Source: a virus
Taxonomy: Duplodnaviria > Caudoviricetes
Direction: 5' to 3' (one strand)
Length of the DNA: 64,000 nt
Virus record (IMG/VR): IMGVR_UViG_3300037424_001167
Coordinates: 3,867 to 67,866 of that record
Below are positions 35,600-45,352 of the stretch, in pieces. The notes beneath the pieces were generated by a model. That model did not search any database and was not told where the DNA came from. It was given only the letters and a program-made list of their open reading frames with translations. Each line of letters starts with the position of its first letter. Within the stretch, counting starts at the first letter, position 1. A program made the translations under genes and the position numbers.

Positions 35600-36637
35600 A
35601 TGCAAAAGAAGATTAAGAAGAGAGAGATACAGATAAGCGTATTAGAAGCTGCTAGCGATTATCTTTCATCTCCACACGTAAAAGGTCTTTCATCCCGTAC
35701 CCAGGAAGAGTACTCCCAGGAACTTGACTTTTTTACGCGTTGGTGTGCCTCTCATGAGATAGTCCAGTTATCACCAGGAAAGCCAAGAGAGTCCGTTACC
35801 TCCTTTCTTGGCATAATGCTTCATCAGATTGATCAGCACACCGTAAGGCTCTTCCTAGACGATCTAAAGGCAACCCATCCCCCTTGCAAGGGGAAAGAGC
35901 TGAGCACTTACACGATTGCCGGTTATGCGCGTGTTATTAAGTCTTTCCTGTATTGGTGCCTGAAAGATGATCAGTATGCACAATATGTAAGTGAAACGAT
36001 TATTAACAGGATAGAGAAGCCAAAGATAATTGAAACAATTATAGAGGTATTTACAACAGAGCAAATAAAAGCATTATTTAAAGCATGCGATAAGGAAGAG
36101 TCTGAACATCTTCAATTGAGAGATAGAGCTATATTGGCTGTATTGCTTGATTGTGGCCTTAGAGCAACGGAATTATGCACTCTCACTATTGGGAATGTGT
36201 CATTAGATGCAAAGGACGCATATGTGAGAGTATTGGGTAAGGGCAATAAGTGGGGAGAGGTAGGATTGGGCGATCAATCACTTAAATATGTGCGAAAGTA
36301 TATCAGAATGTTCAGAGAGCCAACAGTAGAGCACGCAAAAGAAAACAGAAATCAGGCCTTTGTGTTTGTAAACAGGCATGGAGAGCAATTAACAAAATCA
36401 GGTTTATGGAGAATATTTGACCGTTTAGGTCATTGGGCACATATAGAGGGAGTACGATGTTCACCTCATACGATGAGACACACGTTTGCTCAGATGTTTA
36501 TAAGAAATGGAGGAGATATTTATACACTCTCGAAGCTGATGCGTCACAGTTCTTTAAGCGTTACGGAACAATATCTTAAAAGTTTGCAACAGAGTGAGTC
36601 AAGGAAAGGGGCAAAGTCCGTTCTGGACAATCTGTGA
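35600..36637 (+). CDS. Tyrosine recombinase/integrase (XerD-like)
   Basis: DCGLRATE, GKGNK, SPHTMRHTFA, LMRHSS, TEQY catalytic set. Confidence 0.95.
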   Translation: MQKKIKKREIQISVLEAASDYLSSPHVKGLSSRTQEEYSQELDFFTRWCASHEIVQLSPGKPRESVTSFLGIMLHQIDQHTVRLFLDDLKATHPPCKGKELSTYTIAGYARVIKSFLYWCLKDDQYAQYVSETIINRIEKPKIIETIIEVFTTEQIKALFKACDKEESEHLQLRDRAILAVLLDCGLRATELCTLTIGNVSLDAKDAYVRVLGKGNKWGEVGLGDQSLKYVRKYIRMFREPTVEHAKENRNQAFVFVNRHGEQLTKSGLWRIFDRLGHWAHIEGVRCSPHTMRHTFAQMFIRNGGDIYTLSKLMRHSSLSVTEQYLKSLQQSESRKGAKSVLDNL

Positions 36638-36671
36638 TATGATTATCCCTAAAGAAGAAAGGACAATTACC

Positions 36672-36893
36672 ATGGACAAAGCAGAAAAGCTGAACTTGCA
36701 ATGTATTTCAGTCACGATAAAGTTTGAGCCTTTTCTCACGTGCTCAACTCAGGATTGCACACGTGAAGCAACTGTAGGTAGTGCTTCGTATGATAAGTCA
36801 AAAGAAGCATGGATGCTTATTCCTATTTGCAAGCATTGCACTATGAGAATGGCGAAGAGCTATGGAGTAGATTTAGATTTAGATAAAGATTAG
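36672..36893 (+). CDS. Small Cys-containing hypothetical protein
   Basis: CSTQDC and CKHC; GAAAGGAC RBS. Confidence 0.6.
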   Translation: MDKAEKLNLQCISVTIKFEPFLTCSTQDCTREATVGSASYDKSKEAWMLIPICKHCTMRMAKSYGVDLDLDKD

Positions 36894-36902
36894 ATAGTTA
36901 TT

Positions 36903-36935
36903 TGAGAGAGCCATTGATGGCTCTCTCTTTTTATG
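36903..36935 (+). terminator. Intrinsic terminator
   Basis: GAGAGAGCCAT-tg-ATGGCTCTCTC-TTTTT. Confidence 0.8.
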
Positions 36936-36957
36936 TGCTCAGTTAACACTTTTGCTA

Positions 36958-36985
36958 TTGACAGCTAACACTTTTATGGTATAGT
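36958..36985 (+). promoter_or_regulatory. Promoter for the packaging/structural operon
   Basis: TTGACA-16-TATAGT with TG extension; GTTGCTA overlaps the -10. Confidence 0.6.
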
Positions 36986-37023
36986 TGCTATATATGGCAC
37001 AAAGTAGCTATGAGAAGGATGAT

Positions 37024-37533
37024 ATGCAGCAAATCAATGACCCGTCATTGACTGGAACACGCGAAATAGTACGAGGCAGGAAATTAACAAGAAGAGAGAG
37101 AATAGAGGCACAAGAGAAATTTTTGGCATCGTTCTCTTTTAATGCTAATATTACGATGTCATGCAAAATTGCTGAAATTTCAAGAGAGACATTTTATGGC
37201 TGGCAATCAGAGGATCAGAAATTTGCCGAATTGTTTCGTGTTGCAGAGCAGTCCGCAAATGACGTTATACGTGCAGAGATACACAGGAGAGGCGTGGAAG
37301 GCTATGAAAAACCTATTGTGTCTATGGGCAGGGTTGTAAAAGGGCCTGATGGTGAGCCACTTATAGAAAGAGTGTATTCTGACAAGTTGCTTGAATTACT
37401 TGCAAAGGCTCGTATGCCAGAGTATAGGGACAAAGGGCAGTTAGAGGTAACAGGAGGAATTAAGATTACAACTGAATGGGGCAACGCTGCATTGGAGATA
37501 GAGGAGGGATATGTCGAAAGCTTTAAAACGTGA
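37024..37533 (+). CDS. Terminase small subunit
   Basis: HTH (ISRETFYGW), GVEGYEKP...YSDKLLELLAKA; directly before the large subunit. Confidence 0.8.
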   Translation: MQQINDPSLTGTREIVRGRKLTRRERIEAQEKFLASFSFNANITMSCKIAEISRETFYGWQSEDQKFAELFRVAEQSANDVIRAEIHRRGVEGYEKPIVSMGRVVKGPDGEPLIERVYSDKLLELLAKARMPEYRDKGQLEVTGGIKITTEWGNAALEIEEGYVESFKT

Positions 37534-38770
37534 CATAGTCGTTCAGTTGTATTCTCCTCATCCTGGTCAGGTACCCGTACATAGGAGCAAGGCGCGTTTT
37601 CGAGTGGTCCCATGCGGGCGCCGTTTTGGGAAGACGTATCTTGGATGCAATGAGCTTATCAAATTTTGCTGTGAGCACAATAGCATATTAGGCGCATGGG
37701 TTTCCCCTACCTATAGACAAAGTAAAATTGCCTATCGACTTATTAAAAATGCGATTGCTCAGCTTATTAGTCACTCATCGGATACAGAACTTACATTAGA
37801 ACTCCCCAACGGTTCTCGTATGATGTTTTGCTCATCTGATAATTATGATGCATTAAGAGGAAATGGTATACATTTCCTTGTTATAGACGAATGTGCTGAT
37901 GTGGATGAGAAGGCATGGACAGAGGTATTGCGTCCGACGCTTTCAGACACACGGGGCAAGGCGCTTTTTCTCGGAACACCCAAGGGGCGCAATTTCTTCT
38001 ATATGCTGTACCACAGAGGGCTAGACGCTATGTATCCCGATTGGGAGAGTTTCAGGGCTCCTTCCTCCTCTAATCCCTATATTCCCCCAGAGGAAATTGA
38101 GTCAGCAAGAAGAGAATTGCCAGAGGATGCATTTGCTCAGGAATATCTTGCAGAATTCCTTGAAGAGTCAGCAGGCGTATTCAGGCGAATTGACAGTATA
38201 GTTGAAGGTACGCTAGATCCTGATTATGCGCCTGTATACGGGCATGAGTATGCATTGGGTTGGGATCCTGCCAAGTATAATGATTATAGTGTTTTAATTC
38301 TTATGGACATAACTACACGTAAAGTTGTATGGTTTGATCGATTTAACCAGATTGACTATACATATCAAGTTGATAGAGTAGTACATATTGCAAAGAAATT
38401 TAATGCATTTATACTTATGGACTCCACTGGCGTAGGAGATGTGATACTTGAGAGATTGAAGGAAAAATACAATAATTGCGATGGGTATTTGCTTACTAAT
38501 CCATCAAAAAAGATATTGATTGAGACATTGCAGTTAGGCATCCAAGATAAAGCTTTTACTATGCCAAATATACCAGTAGTTATCAATGAATTGAGGCAAT
38601 TTGAGTATCATTTGAGCCCAAGTCGCAATATCATCTATAGCGCTCCTGATGGGATGCACGATGATTGCGTGATTAGCCTTGCGCTTGTCTGGTTTGCAAT
38701 TCAAATGCGTGAAATACAACCATTAGATGCTGATACGTCTAGTGCTTTATCTCAGTATGTAGGATATTGA
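37511..38770 (+). CDS. Terminase large subunit
   Basis: GRRFGKT, IDEC, GTPKG, WDPAKYND, HDDCVISLAL. Confidence 0.95.
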   Translation: MSKALKRDIVVQLYSPHPGQVPVHRSKARFRVVPCGRRFGKTYLGCNELIKFCCEHNSILGAWVSPTYRQSKIAYRLIKNAIAQLISHSSDTELTLELPNGSRMMFCSSDNYDALRGNGIHFLVIDECADVDEKAWTEVLRPTLSDTRGKALFLGTPKGRNFFYMLYHRGLDAMYPDWESFRAPSSSNPYIPPEEIESARRELPEDAFAQEYLAEFLEESAGVFRRIDSIVEGTLDPDYAPVYGHEYALGWDPAKYNDYSVLILMDITTRKVVWFDRFNQIDYTYQVDRVVHIAKKFNAFILMDSTGVGDVILERLKEKYNNCDGYLLTNPSKKILIETLQLGIQDKAFTMPNIPVVINELRQFEYHLSPSRNIIYSAPDGMHDDCVISLALVWFAIQMREIQPLDADTSSALSQYVGY

Positions 38771-38771
38771 T

Positions 38772-40421
38772 ATGGGAGTAGGAAGCTTTATGTCACAGGT
38801 GTGGTATGCGGGACAAGCTGCATGGACAGCAGCAAGACGCGTCTTTGATGAGCCAGGATCAACTCAATCGCAATCATTCTACCAGCGCATGAGTGAGTAT
38901 GACCTGCTATGGTCATACTACAACAGCTCTGCATTCGATAAAGCCGCTCGCTTCCTCAATTCCTCGCATAGCGGCGCTTATGGGCAACTCTCATGGTCTG
39001 CGTATAAATCCAACTATAATCTTTATCGCAATATCAGACTCATCTACAATCCTACTACCCGTCTTGTCAATTTCTATGCTGGCCAGATCTACCCAGGTGT
39101 CCTCAGTGAGGATGGGGACAATCTGCCTGACGGGGTGAGCCTGGCTATTCCCTTCTCAAAAGACACGCCTCCTGCTCTCAAGTCTGCCATTGCTCAGATA
39201 TGGCAATGGAGTAACTGGCAACAAAAGAAAAGTGTCGAGGTGCGCTATGGCGCTGCCCTGGGCTCTGTCCTGGTAGAAGTCCAAGACGAGCCAGATAGAG
39301 GCAAGGTATGTCTGGAAATCGTATGGCCAGGGCATGTATGCGCATTAGATCTTGACAGTGCAGGAAATGTGAAGGAGTATGCACTAGAGTATTATACCTA
39401 TAGTGAAGAGTATGGACAGCACAAATACAAGAAAGAAGTTAATCAAGATTATTTCAAGTACTTCAAGGATGATGAGCCATTTGATTATGGATATGGCTCA
39501 GTGGTAGAAAATCCGTATGGCTTTGTTCCTGCTGTATGGATAAAGCATTCAGATATGGGAGGTGATCACGGTGCTCCTGTCATCTCAGGCAGTATGGGTA
39601 AGATAGATGAATTGAATAATCTGGCCTCTCATGTGCACGATCAGATACATAAGGTGATAGGCGCTCCTTTGCTCATTGCAAGTTCATCTAAGATCAACAA
39701 TCTCTTTACCACCCAGAAGCGCAGTGCCACCTCTGAATTTACAGAGCCCACAGCAGATCAAGAGAGCGTGCTCATGCTCAGTGGCCCCGCCGACTCGACC
39801 GTACACCCACTTGCAGGGGATCTTTCTCTTGCAGATGCGGCTGTGCACATGGATAGACTTATAGGGGAAATAGAGCATGATCATCCTGAGCTGACATTCT
39901 ATCAGGAGTTGCGTACGATGAGTCAGGTTACTGGACCAGGCGCAAATAGGATGATGGGAGATGTAGAGACAAAGATGATTGAAGCTCAGTCCTCCTATGA
40001 TCAGGAGAATATCAAGCTATTTCAGATGGCAGTTGCAATTGCTGGTATGCGTGCATCATCGGGTGTGTGGGGACAACTCTCCAATCAGCAGAAGAAATTT
40101 ATTCCATTTAATCTTGAAAGCTACCAGCGAGGGGATCTCGAGATATCCATTATGCCTCGTCCGCTCCTCACCTCAACGAAGCTAGAGCGTGCTCAAGAGA
40201 ACCTTGCGCTATGGCAAGGCGTACAAGCTGCGAACACGGCTGGGGTGCCTCTTGAGCTTGTCTTGAGAGAAGAGGGTTGGACCGATGAAGAGCTTGCGGA
40301 ATTGAAGCAATTGCAAGATAAAGAGGCGCAAGCAGCACTTGACACAATGGACAAACAACAGCAAATTATGGCAAAGAACCAGCCTGCACAAGATAAGCAG
40401 ATGAAGAAAGGGCAATTTTGA
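38772..40421 (+). CDS. Portal protein
   Basis: 549 aa directly after terminase; size and position. Confidence 0.8.
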   Translation: MGVGSFMSQVWYAGQAAWTAARRVFDEPGSTQSQSFYQRMSEYDLLWSYYNSSAFDKAARFLNSSHSGAYGQLSWSAYKSNYNLYRNIRLIYNPTTRLVNFYAGQIYPGVLSEDGDNLPDGVSLAIPFSKDTPPALKSAIAQIWQWSNWQQKKSVEVRYGAALGSVLVEVQDEPDRGKVCLEIVWPGHVCALDLDSAGNVKEYALEYYTYSEEYGQHKYKKEVNQDYFKYFKDDEPFDYGYGSVVENPYGFVPAVWIKHSDMGGDHGAPVISGSMGKIDELNNLASHVHDQIHKVIGAPLLIASSSKINNLFTTQKRSATSEFTEPTADQESVLMLSGPADSTVHPLAGDLSLADAAVHMDRLIGEIEHDHPELTFYQELRTMSQVTGPGANRMMGDVETKMIEAQSSYDQENIKLFQMAVAIAGMRASSGVWGQLSNQQKKFIPFNLESYQRGDLEISIMPRPLLTSTKLERAQENLALWQGVQAANTAGVPLELVLREEGWTDEELAELKQLQDKEAQAALDTMDKQQQIMAKNQPAQDKQMKKGQF

Positions 40422-40702
40422 CAAAAGAAGAATTTATAGAGCAATTAGCAGATAAAGAGCATGCCTCGTGGTCATGCTGGATGCAATATTTGTTTTCCAG
40501 TTGCGAGCCTAATCCTGATGGCAGCTTGACTATACCTTGTGGTTTAGTGGATCGCTGGCAACGGCAAATTGATACATCGTATTCAGATCTTTCTGAACGC
40601 GAAAAGCGAGCTGATAGAGATGAAGTAGCGCATATTCTGCCCATTATTGAGGCATATAAAACACAATCCTTGACAAAAGAAGAAAGGCAACCTATACTAT
40701 GA
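40418..40702 (+). CDS. Hypothetical protein
   Basis: 94-aa ORF coupled between portal and scaffold. Confidence 0.65.
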   Translation: MTKEEFIEQLADKEHASWSCWMQYLFSSCEPNPDGSLTIPCGLVDRWQRQIDTSYSDLSEREKRADRDEVAHILPIIEAYKTQSLTKEERQPIL

Positions 40703-41280
40703 CCATACCTCCAGTCGATCCATCTCATGGAGATCCGATCGGCACACCACCGGCTCAAGGGGCCCCTATCACGTCACAAGGTGATATTCCCTCAATTGAG
40801 AATTTGCAACGGCAAATCTCTGAACTGCAAAGCAAAAATCATGAATTTCTTACAGATAATAAGAAATATCGAGATGAGCGCCGCAAGCAAGAAGAAATCA
40901 ATAAAGCTGCTGAAGAAGCTAGACTCAAAGAGCAAGGCGAATTTAAGCAGCTTGCAGAGAAACACCAGGCACGGGTTAGCGAGCTAGAACCTATGCAAGA
41001 ACGATACATCGCTCTATCAGCTCTCTTAGCAGAACAGATCAAAGCACAATCCAAAGACTGGCCCAAAGAGGTCAAAGACTTGCTTCCAAGCGACGACATA
41101 CCTGTAGAAGTTCGATACGCACAAGTTCAGAAGTTGCAGTCTCTCGTGAATACCATGCAGCAAAAAGCAAATTTACCAGGGAATGGGCCTAATCCCAAGC
41201 CATCTAACGGGTCTGCAAAAGAAGCAGCGCAATCAGCATTTGACAAATTACGTGCCACTGGGCAATATAGTAGATTTTAA
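40699..41280 (+). CDS. Capsid scaffolding protein
   Basis: Coiled coil with EQGEFKQLAE and a Gly/Pro-rich C-terminus. Confidence 0.75.
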   Translation: MTIPPVDPSHGDPIGTPPAQGAPITSQGDIPSIENLQRQISELQSKNHEFLTDNKKYRDERRKQEEINKAAEEARLKEQGEFKQLAEKHQARVSELEPMQERYIALSALLAEQIKAQSKDWPKEVKDLLPSDDIPVEVRYAQVQKLQSLVNTMQQKANLPGNGPNPKPSNGSAKEAAQSAFDKLRATGQYSRF

Positions 41281-41330
41281 ACCCTGGCACATCATCTTAA
41301 ACCGCTCTTCACAAGCGGGGAAGGATTAAA

Positions 41331-42083
41331 ATGGCAGCAATCGCAAAGAGCGGTACGCCTTCGATTACTACAGCCGCTCCTCCTACTAATTGCAGTCTTT
41401 CTGGACTGTTTACGGGAGAGGCAATAGCAGCAGGGGATGCTTGCTACATTAAGGCATCAGACGGCAAGATCTACAAGAGTACGGGCGCACTAACAGGCAC
41501 GGTACCTCCTTTAGAGCCTGCTTTAGCGGTTGCGTTGTCTGGTGGTACGGTAGATGATGGTATCTACGGGGTCAAGATCACCTATGTTACAGCCGCTGGT
41601 GAGTCTCTTCCATCTGAGTCATCGTTTATCAGAAGTGCTTCCACAACACCCAATCAGGGCACTCTCACTATCACATCTCCTGCTGCTGCTACAGGTGCTA
41701 CCAAATACAAGGTCTACATGACCCCGAAAAATGGTGGTCCTTGGAAACTTCAGAATACCACTGGAACTAACATCGCAACTGATTTCACGATTACAGCTCC
41801 TCCAGTAACTAATACAGCAGAGCCACCAACTGCCGATACATCAGGCAGTTACGCCGCATCTGTGGTAGACGGTTTTGCGCCAGAGGCTGCTGCAAGTGGC
41901 GATGCAATGAGTTTGTATTGGAATGTTCGTTTTGCTTATGGCGCTTCTCTTTCGATTGGTAGCTTTGCGTACTTGGATGAGACCACAGCGGGCGCCCTTA
42001 ACGACTCCCCTACGGCTCTAGGCACTGTTCCTATTGGTCGCGTGATTGACGCAACGCGCATTGATTTGTTTAGAAGTTATTAA
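41331..42083 (+). CDS. Capsid decoration/cement protein with an inserted Ig/FN3-like domain
   Basis: GEAIAAGDACYI cement-like N-terminus; YGVKITYVTAAGESLPS insert; located before the capsid gene. Confidence 0.65.
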   Translation: MAAIAKSGTPSITTAAPPTNCSLSGLFTGEAIAAGDACYIKASDGKIYKSTGALTGTVPPLEPALAVALSGGTVDDGIYGVKITYVTAAGESLPSESSFIRSASTTPNQGTLTITSPAAATGATKYKVYMTPKNGGPWKLQNTTGTNIATDFTITAPPVTNTAEPPTADTSGSYAASVVDGFAPEAAASGDAMSLYWNVRFAYGASLSIGSFAYLDETTAGALNDSPTALGTVPIGRVIDATRIDLFRSY

Positions 42084-42110
42084 GGCTCTTAGCAGAAGAA
42101 AGGAGCCGAG

Positions 42111-43187
42111 ATGGCTTTCGGAACTTTACAAGTACTCGACACAATCGGGACAAGGAAAGCAGCGGCGTCTGACTACCTCAATACCTACGATGAAGCTGAA
42201 TTGTACCTGCAAGTCCAAATGTTCCTTGACGCGCATAACAAGCTCGTCGATATGATCACCAGTGATCTCGTGGTCAAGACAACGGATCGTCTCACCACAT
42301 GGGGTGGGAATGCTACCGTCGACATGATTGACGGTGATCAGTTCTCCCGTCCTGACGTGCAGAAGATGCAAGTTAGTCCTACTACCCTTGGCTTTCCTCT
42401 CTACTTGAAGCAGGTTGCATGGGGTGTAACGCGGCTCTTTATGATGAATAAGACCGTCAAAGACCTTGACGAGATCCTTGTTGCAATTCGAGATGCGGAC
42501 ATCCGAGACATTGGCAAGGCTATCCGTGCAGCGCTCTTCAATCCCACTAACGCTCTCACCTATGTGGATAAGCGCACAGACGGCGCTACGCTTCCCCTTA
42601 GACGGCTTCTCAATGCAGACAGTGCAGTCATACCCCCTGACCCTTACGGCAACGTGTTTACGCCCTCAACGCATACCCACTACCTGGGTACCGGCTCGTT
42701 TGTCGCTGGGGACTTGACCACTGGCATCGATACCGTGCTTGAGCATTACCTCAGTGGTGAAATGCGCATTTATGCAGCAAAGAACCTTGAGACAACTATT
42801 AGAGGATTTACAGGTTTTTACCCATACTATGATGCGAGATTGAGGCTTGCAGCTGATACTACTGTTGCAGCATCTAAATCGCTCGATATGGAGAACAACC
42901 TTGATCGCTCGATAGGGATATTCGGGTCTGCTGAGATCTTCATACGCCCGTGGGTCCCTTCTGGCTATATATTCTTCTACAACGTGTCTGCTCCCAAACC
43001 TCTCAGGATGCGCATTAGGAATGATGCTAGCGCTTCTCTTCATATTGCAGCTGAGCTAGAGACATTCCCATTGCGTGCACAATTCATTGAGCGTGAATAC
43101 GGCATTTCAACATTAGAACGCTCAAACGGGGCATGTATGCTCACTACTAATGCGACATATAGCGCACCAAGTGCATGGAGTATGTAA
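42111..43187 (+). CDS. Major capsid protein
   Basis: 358 aa after scaffold and decoration genes; position and size. Confidence 0.75.
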   Translation: MAFGTLQVLDTIGTRKAAASDYLNTYDEAELYLQVQMFLDAHNKLVDMITSDLVVKTTDRLTTWGGNATVDMIDGDQFSRPDVQKMQVSPTTLGFPLYLKQVAWGVTRLFMMNKTVKDLDEILVAIRDADIRDIGKAIRAALFNPTNALTYVDKRTDGATLPLRRLLNADSAVIPPDPYGNVFTPSTHTHYLGTGSFVAGDLTTGIDTVLEHYLSGEMRIYAAKNLETTIRGFTGFYPYYDARLRLAADTTVAASKSLDMENNLDRSIGIFGSAEIFIRPWVPSGYIFFYNVSAPKPLRMRIRNDASASLHIAAELETFPLRAQFIEREYGISTLERSNGACMLTTNATYSAPSAWSM

Positions 43188-43188
43188 C

Positions 43189-43365
43189 ATGCCAGACAAG
43201 AAGGACACATTTATTATAGATGCAATGCCAATGCCGTTTGTCTCTCCCATCCTTCCATCCTCCTTGCAAGGGGAAGAGAAGAAGCTTGACGAGTCCATTC
43301 CTGGCGGGCGTTACATGGTGAATGGCGTGCTAGTTGATTGCAATGGTAAAGAGATCAAGGAATAG
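43189..43365 (+). CDS. Small head-associated hypothetical protein
   Basis: Fills the gap between capsid and adaptor genes exactly. Confidence 0.55.
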   Translation: MPDKKDTFIIDAMPMPFVSPILPSSLQGEEKKLDESIPGGRYMVNGVLVDCNGKEIKE

Positions 43366-43803
43366 ATGAATAGAGCATCTGCCACTTCGTATTTAACTGA
43401 GAAATATAGGGAGTTAGCTGCTGAAGCCAAGTTTACAGTTCAGCAGCTAACAGATGCCTATAACGGTGCATTAGATATGTCATTGCGCCAATTAGGGTAT
43501 GAAGAGAGTGCACTTGCAACGGCAGATGTTATTCAGTCTAATGTCCTCAAATACATTGCGTGCCTGAATTATTATGCGCTAGATCGCTTTGTTACACTGT
43601 TTGTTCTGAGATTTGATGTAAAAGCTGGCAGCGGGGCTATAGATGCTCAAAGATCACAGATATCAAATCACACAGTTGCACTCAGAAATCTTGCAGCGAA
43701 AGAATTGACGCAATACGGGATAGTGGTGGGAGGAGCCCAGTCATTTCAAATAGGCCGACTTACACTTGATTTTCTTGAGCCTAGCACCGCGTGGGAGTTC
43801 TGA
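43366..43803 (+). CDS. Head-tail adaptor
   Basis: Helical 145-aa protein in the neck gene position. Confidence 0.6.
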   Translation: MNRASATSYLTEKYRELAAEAKFTVQQLTDAYNGALDMSLRQLGYEESALATADVIQSNVLKYIACLNYYALDRFVTLFVLRFDVKAGSGAIDAQRSQISNHTVALRNLAAKELTQYGIVVGGAQSFQIGRLTLDFLEPSTAWEF

Positions 43804-44171
43804 TGGCAATACTTGATGATGTGGACATGCAGGATTTTGCGGATTTAGGATCTGATCTGCTCTTAAAAGATACATGCAATATTCTTCGCAACGATCCAAT
43901 CATTGATGCTCTTGGAGGGAGCATAGACAACTGGGTGACAATTGCATCTGTACTATGCGCCCTGATTGATCTTGGCCAGAAAGTCCCTCAGCAACTTGTT
44001 AATGCGCAGCAAGATACCGGCATAGGATACAAACAGCTCTATACGCCCAAAGGGACTGATATCCGTGTTGATGATCAGATTGTCACGGGGGAGATCTCCT
44101 ATAACGTCTTAGCTCCTTATGGAGAGACATCCTATCAAGTATTCACGAGCGCAGTTATCCTGGCAAGGTAA
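43803..44171 (+). CDS. Head closure/stopper protein
   Basis: YTPKGTDIRVDDQI...SYNV pattern; position. Confidence 0.7.
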   Translation: MAILDDVDMQDFADLGSDLLLKDTCNILRNDPIIDALGGSIDNWVTIASVLCALIDLGQKVPQQLVNAQQDTGIGYKQLYTPKGTDIRVDDQIVTGEISYNVLAPYGETSYQVFTSAVILAR

Positions 44172-44175
44172 AAAC

Positions 44176-44514
44176 ATGGCAGATATCACTGTAAAGGTCA
44201 AGGGGCCAGACATTGCATCGGCAATACAGAAGAGCATCGATAAGATCATTGCTCATTCAGAAGTCGCTCTGGATAGCGTAGCAGAGGCAACAAAGACCGA
44301 TGCTAGAGCAGAGTGTCCAGTGGATACAGGCTTACTCAGAAGCGACATTGAGGTATATAAAGTTCCTTTGCTGAGACAGATAGGCAACAATGTATTTTAC
44401 GGCGTGTACGTGCACAATGGCACATACAAGATGAAGGCGCGTCCGTATTTGTTCAATTCCTTTGAGAAGAACAGGCAAGGATTTATTAGGGATATTCGTT
44501 CAATGAAGGTGTAA
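44176..44514 (+). CDS. HK97 gp10-like tail component
   Basis: PVDTGLLRS, YGVYVHNGTYKMKARPYL. Confidence 0.85.
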   Translation: MADITVKVKGPDIASAIQKSIDKIIAHSEVALDSVAEATKTDARAECPVDTGLLRSDIEVYKVPLLRQIGNNVFYGVYVHNGTYKMKARPYLFNSFEKNRQGFIRDIRSMKV

Positions 44515-44516
44515 AT

Positions 44517-44951
44517 ATGGCAACATCTGAACTTGAGGTATGGACTGCAATATATTCTGTATTGAAGAATAATGCAGGATTGATTGCACTATTGCCTTAT
44601 TCAGATGGGAAAACAGCGGTATTTGATGACAACAATGTGCCTTTAGGGCTTAATCCTCCTTATTTGGTACTTGGAACATCAATGTCAACACCTGATAATA
44701 CATTTACAAAGAAAGGATTGCACGTAGTAGCAACCATTGATGGCTGGAGTGAGCGCAAGGGCAAAGAACAGGTGCTGAAGATGCGTGATGCTGTTTTTAA
44801 TGCACTTGATTACGCAAGTCTATCACTTGGCAGTAACTTTAGATGCATTTCATGCTTGTATGACTCTGGACAGCTAATACCGGATAATTCTACAAGCATC
44901 AATAAATGGCACATGACCGATAGATACAGAATAGGAACGGAGGCAATCTAA
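44517..44951 (+). CDS. Tail terminator (DUF3168-like)
   Basis: AIY..LKNNAGL.AL...VFD..VP...PYLVLG; position. Confidence 0.75.
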   Translation: MATSELEVWTAIYSVLKNNAGLIALLPYSDGKTAVFDDNNVPLGLNPPYLVLGTSMSTPDNTFTKKGLHVVATIDGWSERKGKEQVLKMRDAVFNALDYASLSLGSNFRCISCLYDSGQLIPDNSTSINKWHMTDRYRIGTEAI

Positions 44952-45343
44952 TGGCTGTACTTCATGGTAAAGCCGGAAATGTTAAGAATGGGGCTAACGC
45001 AATCGCAGAGATAGATAATTGGACTTTGGATGTATCCCGCGATACGCACGAAACAACAAAGTTTGCAGCTGGCTCGCTGCCTTGGAAAACATTTGTTGCG
45101 GGTCTGACAGGTGCCTCTGCAAAGTTCTCAGGCAGATTGGACATGACCGATACTAACGGGCAGTTAGCACTCTGGAATAGTTTAGTCACTGATACCGCGC
45201 TTACTATGTCACTTTACCTTGATGCAACAAAGTATTTTGCAATATCTGCAATTGTGGAGAAGTTCAGTGGTAAGGTGCCAATTGGTGATGTAGAAACAGT
45301 TGACTGGGAAGTGAAGATTACGGGCGCGGTCACTTACACCTAG
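44951..45343 (+). CDS. Major tail (tube) protein
   Basis: WTLDVSRDT.ETT...WKTFVAGL...FSG pattern. Confidence 0.75.
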   Translation: MAVLHGKAGNVKNGANAIAEIDNWTLDVSRDTHETTKFAAGSLPWKTFVAGLTGASAKFSGRLDMTDTNGQLALWNSLVTDTALTMSLYLDATKYFAISAIVEKFSGKVPIGDVETVDWEVKITGAVTYT

Positions 45344-45352
45344 GAGGCAAGT

